Of a DNA stretch of 59,964 nucleotides, positions 56,807 through 59,964 are shown one piece after another. The notes under the pieces were generated by a model. That model was not told the origin of the DNA. It did no database searches and was given only the letters and a program-made list of their open reading frames with translations. Made by a program: the position numbers and the translations under genes. This DNA is from an uncultured Nitrosopumilales archaeon (lineage in GTDB: Archaea > Thermoproteota > Nitrososphaeria > Nitrososphaerales > UBA57): the NCBI GenBank assembly GCA_964552125.1, contig CAZKFJ010000001.1, positions 1-59,964 on the forward strand, in the 5' to 3' direction. Position 1 is the first letter of the stretch. Each line of letters begins with the position of its first letter.

Positions 56807-57475
56807 TCACTTTTTTATAATTTTTAACCCTGAAATTTCTAATCTACCTCTATCTCCATACCAGATATTCTTTGATTCTATTGGTTCTAATTTATTTGAA
56901 TATAATGGACCATCTAATACCAAAGTATCTAAATCTCCTCCTTCTCCCACTGCATTGAATCTATATTTATCTGCACGATCAAGTAATTCTTTTATGCTCT
57001 TTTTATCTAAATGTCTTCCTAACCACTCCTCTCCTAATCCTAGTGCTGCGACTGAAACGATTATTACATCTAGTTGATTCTCTAATATTTCACGATACAA
57101 ATCTTTAGGAGAGATTCCCCAAATCGGTGCATAGTGCTCCATCCCCGCCTTTTCACAAGCACTGTCGAATTTTTTTTTCTGAAAATTTGATTCTATCCCT
57201 CCTGTTATCAAGTAATCTGAATCTTGTTTTTTTAATGCATCTGTTAATGTTTCAATTTCTTTTTCTTTTGAAGTCTTAACTGGAATCCAATCTAATCCTA
57301 CTACTTCTGCTATGCTTTTTACTAAGTTGATATTGTGTGTATGATACAACATACTTTCTTGATCCTCTGGTATCATTGTCATAATTTTTGTAATCTTCAT
57401 TCCATTCTTATGCGCTAAATGCATTGATAATACCGAATCTTTTCCTCCAGATAGAAATGCAATTCCCTTCTTCAA
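56807..57475 (-). CDS. N-type ATP pyrophosphatase, MJ0570/diphthine-ammonia ligase (Dph6)-like
   Basis: 222 aa. It has the PP-loop FLSGGKDS at the N-terminus and GEGGDLDTLVLD near the C-terminus. Confidence 0.7.
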   Translation of the reverse strand: MKKGIAFLSGGKDSVLSMHLAHKNGMKITKIMTMIPEDQESMLYHTHNINLVKSIAEVVGLDWIPVKTSKEKEIETLTDALKKQDSDYLITGGIESNFQKKKFDSACEKAGMEHYAPIWGISPKDLYREILENQLDVIIVSVAALGLGEEWLGRHLDKKSIKELLDRADKYRFNAVGEGGDLDTLVLDGPLYSNKLEPIESKNIWYGDRGRLEISGLKIIKK

Positions 57476-57551
57476 TTAATTTCCATATCTTATTCGAATC
57501 TACAATTATTAACTTTGATTATCTATGCGTAATTGAAAGTCGTCGGAAAAG

Positions 57552-57559
57552 TTTATAGA
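57552..57559 (+). promoter_or_regulatory. Candidate TATA box (with purine-rich BRE-like flank) upstream of grpE-dnaK
   Basis: GGAAAAG-TTTATAGA lies about 60 nt upstream of the grpE TTG start. Confidence 0.3.
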
Positions 57560-57615
57560 TGTGATTTGGTTACTCTCTTTTAGTTAGGAACATGAAATTA
57601 ACGGGTTTATGAAAA

Positions 57616-58200
57616 TTGACAACTATTACAGAACAAAATAAAGATTCAGACCAATCTGAAAAAGATATTTCCAATAATGGTTCTCTAGAATCAAATAATT
57701 CTGATATCTCGAATCAAGATAACCTTGAAGATATCGAGAAGATTAAAAAACAATCCGAATCATATTTCAAACAACTTCAATATCTTCAAGCTGATTTTGA
57801 AAACTATCGTAAACAAGTTTCTAAAGAATTTGAAAATCAATCTAAATTTGGCAATAATCAAATTATTCAATATCTAATTGAAATATACGAAGACTTGAAA
57901 CGCGTAATTGATAATTCTAACTCCAATGATTCTTCTTCAAAGGTATTATCTTTAATTATTAAAAATATTGAATCTATGTTCAAAGAACAATCTGTAGAAA
58001 TTATTAATTCTATAGGTAATCCTTTCGATCCAAATCTTCATGAGGCTATTGCATACACTGAAAATCCTGACATTGACGACAATGTAATTATTTCAGAAAC
58101 TCAAAGTGGGTATAAAATCCATGGACAAGTTTTGAGACCTTCTAAAGTAAATGTATGTAAAAACAAATCTGTCAGTAGTGGAGTTGATATAAATGAGTAA
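57616..58200 (+). CDS. grpE: Nucleotide exchange factor GrpE
   Basis: 194 aa with a TTG start. The coiled-coil region [13 protein letters not shown] and the C-terminal [23 protein letters not shown] are GrpE-typical. It overlaps the dnaK start by 8 nt. Confidence 0.85.
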   Translation: MTTITEQNKDSDQSEKDISNNGSLESNNSDISNQDNLEDIEKIKKQSESYFKQLQYLQADFENYRKQVSKEFENQSKFGNNQIIQYLIEIYEDLKRVIDNSNSNDSSSKVLSLIIKNIESMFKEQSVEIINSIGNPFDPNLHEAIAYTENPDIDDNVIISETQSGYKIHGQVLRPSKVNVCKNKSVSSGVDINE

Positions 58201-59964
58201 AATTATTGGAATCGATTTAGGAACAAGTAATTCAGCTGCCGCTGTAATGATTGGAGGCAAACCATCCTTAATTCCTAGCGCTGAAGGTACTAGTGTTGGC
58301 GGTAAATCCTTTCCATCTTATATTGCTTTCACAAAAGATGGCCAACGTCTAGTTGGAGAACCTGCTCGAAGACAAGCTGTAACAAATCCTGAAGGAACTG
58401 TTCAAAAAATTAAACGGAAAATGGGAGAATCATATAAAGTTCATATTAATGGTAACGATTATACTCCTGAACAACTTTCTGCCTTTATTCTCCAGAAAAT
58501 TAAAACTGACGCCGAAGCATTTCTTGGCGAGAAAGTAGAAAAAGCCGTGGTCACCGTTCCTGCGTATTTTAATGATAATCAAAGACAAGCAACTAAAGAC
58601 GCTGGTTCTATTGCTGGACTAGACGTTGTCCGTATTATAAACGAACCTACTGCCGCTTCTCTAGCCTACGGTCTTGATAAAGAGGCTTCCGATCAGAAAA
58701 TCTTAGTTTTTGATCTTGGTGGAGGAACTCTTGATGTTACTGTTATGGAATTCGGCGATAGTGTATTCGAGGTAAAAAGCACAAGCGGAGACACTAAATT
58801 AGGCGGTGCTGATATGGACCAAGTTATTCTGGATTATCTTGTTGACACCTTTGTCCAAAGAACATCAATTGATTTACGTAATGATTCTAAGGCAATGCAA
58901 AGACTTAGAGAAGGCGCAGAAAAGGCAAAAATCGAATTATCAACTGTTTTAACTACTGATATTAATCTCCCATTTATTGCTCAAGATTCTGAAAAAAACC
59001 CAATTCATTTTGAAACTTCATTAACTCGTGCTAAACTTGAAGATCTTATTTCTGTGGTTCTCAACAAATGTGAGATGCCTATTAAACGAGCTATAGAAGA
59101 TTCAAAACTTTCAGTTTCTGATATTGATAAGGTAATTCTTGTTGGTGGTCCAACTCGTATGCCTTCTGTTCAAGAATTTGTTAAAAAAATTGTTGGTAAA
59201 GGATTAGAACGTGGTGTTGATCCTATGGAATGTGTTGCTGCGGGCGCTGCAATTCAAGGAGCAGTACTTGCAGGAGAAACTTCTGATATTTTGCTTTTGG
59301 ATGTTACACCTCTTTCTCTTGGAGTAGAAGTTCAAGGAGGTATTTGTAATCGTATGATTGAACGCAATACTACCATCCCTACAAAGAAAAGTCAAATTTA
59401 TTCTACAGCTCAAGACAATCAACCTGCTGTTACTATACACATTCTTCAAGGAGAGCGAGAAATGGCTTCTGATAATAAGTCACTTGGACAGTTTAATCTT
59501 GATGGAATTCCTCCAGCACCTCGTGGCGTTCCCCAAATAGAAGTTACTTTTGATATTGACGCAAATGGTATAATTAATGTATCTGCAAAAGATTTAGCTA
59601 CAAATAAAGAGCAAAAAATTACCGTTACTGGTTCTAGTAAATTATCTGATACCGATAAAGAAAGAATGATTAAAGATGCCGAACAATTTGCAGAACAAGA
59701 TAAAAACAGAAAAGACGAAGCTGAATTAATCAACAAAGCCGATTCTTTGATATACACTGCAGAAAGAACTAAAACCGACCTTAAAGATAAAATTACTGAA
59801 GACCAAATCTCTCAAATTGATAGTTTGTCTGCCCAATTGAAATCTTCTCTTGAATCTAAAGACCCGTCTTCAATTCGTGATAATTCTGATAAATTAAGCA
59901 ATCTTTTACAAGAAATTGGTTCTTCAGTATACCAACAATCCACTCAACCCGATCCAACTCAACC
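58193..59964 (+). CDS. dnaK: Molecular chaperone DnaK (Hsp70), 3'-truncated by the window edge
   Basis: ATG is at 58193. My own translation reads [18 protein letters not shown]..., then [35 protein letters not shown] and [19 protein letters not shown]. The frame is open to the end of the window. It is absent from the ORF track, presumably because it has no stop codon. Confidence 0.9.
   Translation, partial: MSKIIGIDLGTSNSAAAVMIGGKPSLIPSAEGTSVGGKSFPSYIAFTKDGQRLVGEPARRQAVTNPEGTVQKIKRKMGESYKVHINGNDYTPEQLSAFILQKIKTDAEAFLGEKVEKAVVTVPAYFNDNQRQATKDAGSIAGLDVVRIINEPTAASLAYGLDKEASDQKILVFDLGGGTLDVTVMEFGDSVFEVKSTSGDTKLGGADMDQVILDYLVDTFVQRTSIDLRNDSKAMQRLREGAEKAKIELSTVLTTDINLPFIAQDSEKNPIHFETSLTRAKLEDLISVVLNKCEMPIKRAIEDSKLSVSDIDKVILVGGPTRMPSVQEFVKKIVGKGLERGVDPMECVAAGAAIQGAVLAGETSDILLLDVTPLSLGVEVQGGICNRMIERNTTIPTKKSQIYSTAQDNQPAVTIHILQGEREMASDNKSLGQFNLDGIPPAPRGVPQIEVTFDIDANGIINVSAKDLATNKEQKITVTGSSKLSDTDKERMIKDAEQFAEQDKNRKDEAELINKADSLIYTAERTKTDLKDKITEDQISQIDSLSAQLKSSLESKDPSSIRDNSDKLSNLLQEIGSSVYQQSTQPDPTQ

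Noticed and set aside
1-59964. Search for CRISPR arrays, transposases or integrases, prophage genes, toxin-antitoxin pairs or known defence-system genes
   Set aside because: I saw no repeat-spacer periodicity, no DDE or tyrosine/serine-recombinase-like ORF and no recognisable defence genes. tRNA genes are not flanked by direct repeats suggestive of integration. The window looks like a core chromosome.

Overview
This is a visibly AT-rich, very gene-dense archaeal chromosomal segment. I call about 56 protein-coding genes and 6 tRNA genes. I found no rRNA, CRISPR array, transposase or integrase, and no large repeats. Archaeal markers are a thermosome subunit, SRP54, Pus10, tandem PurP genes, CofC/CofD (F420 biosynthesis), a Hef-type helicase, a PAC2-type proteasome chaperone and intron-rich tRNA genes. 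These markers, plus a small cupredoxin and many non-canonical tRNA introns, suggest a Nitrososphaerota (Thaumarchaeota)-like lineage. That placement is inference, not proven. Most of the window is ordinary core metabolism: SufBD, three ABC-2 exporters, several peptidases, HMG-CoA reductase, threonine dehydratase, RibB, Tmk and GrpE-DnaK. The most interesting block is a carbon-metabolism island at about 20.1-30.2 kb. It holds a tightly packed ribose-1,5-bisphosphate-isomerase / PRPP-synthetase / PGK operon. Next to it lie ribulose-phosphate epimerase, a full-length transketolase, a transaldolase, an SDR enzyme and a RuBisCO large-subunit homolog that keeps all the catalytic motifs I checked. 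The RuBisCO gene is followed after 2 nt by an uncharacterised 175-aa ORF. No AMP phosphorylase or phosphoribulokinase is visible in the window. Other points worth a second look: (1) a 145-nt tRNA gene that only closes to a 75-nt cloverleaf if four insertions are removed; (2) a tRNA-His with an insertion in the acceptor stem; (3) a Pus10 gene whose N-terminal zinc ribbon lies upstream of any canonical in-frame start, implying a CTG start or a -1 shift at a T5 run; (4) a long divergent PEPCK-family protein; (5) an orphan second Hsp70; (6) several unusual zinc-ribbon proteins and fusions. I have no tools, so all family assignments rest on motif recognition by eye.
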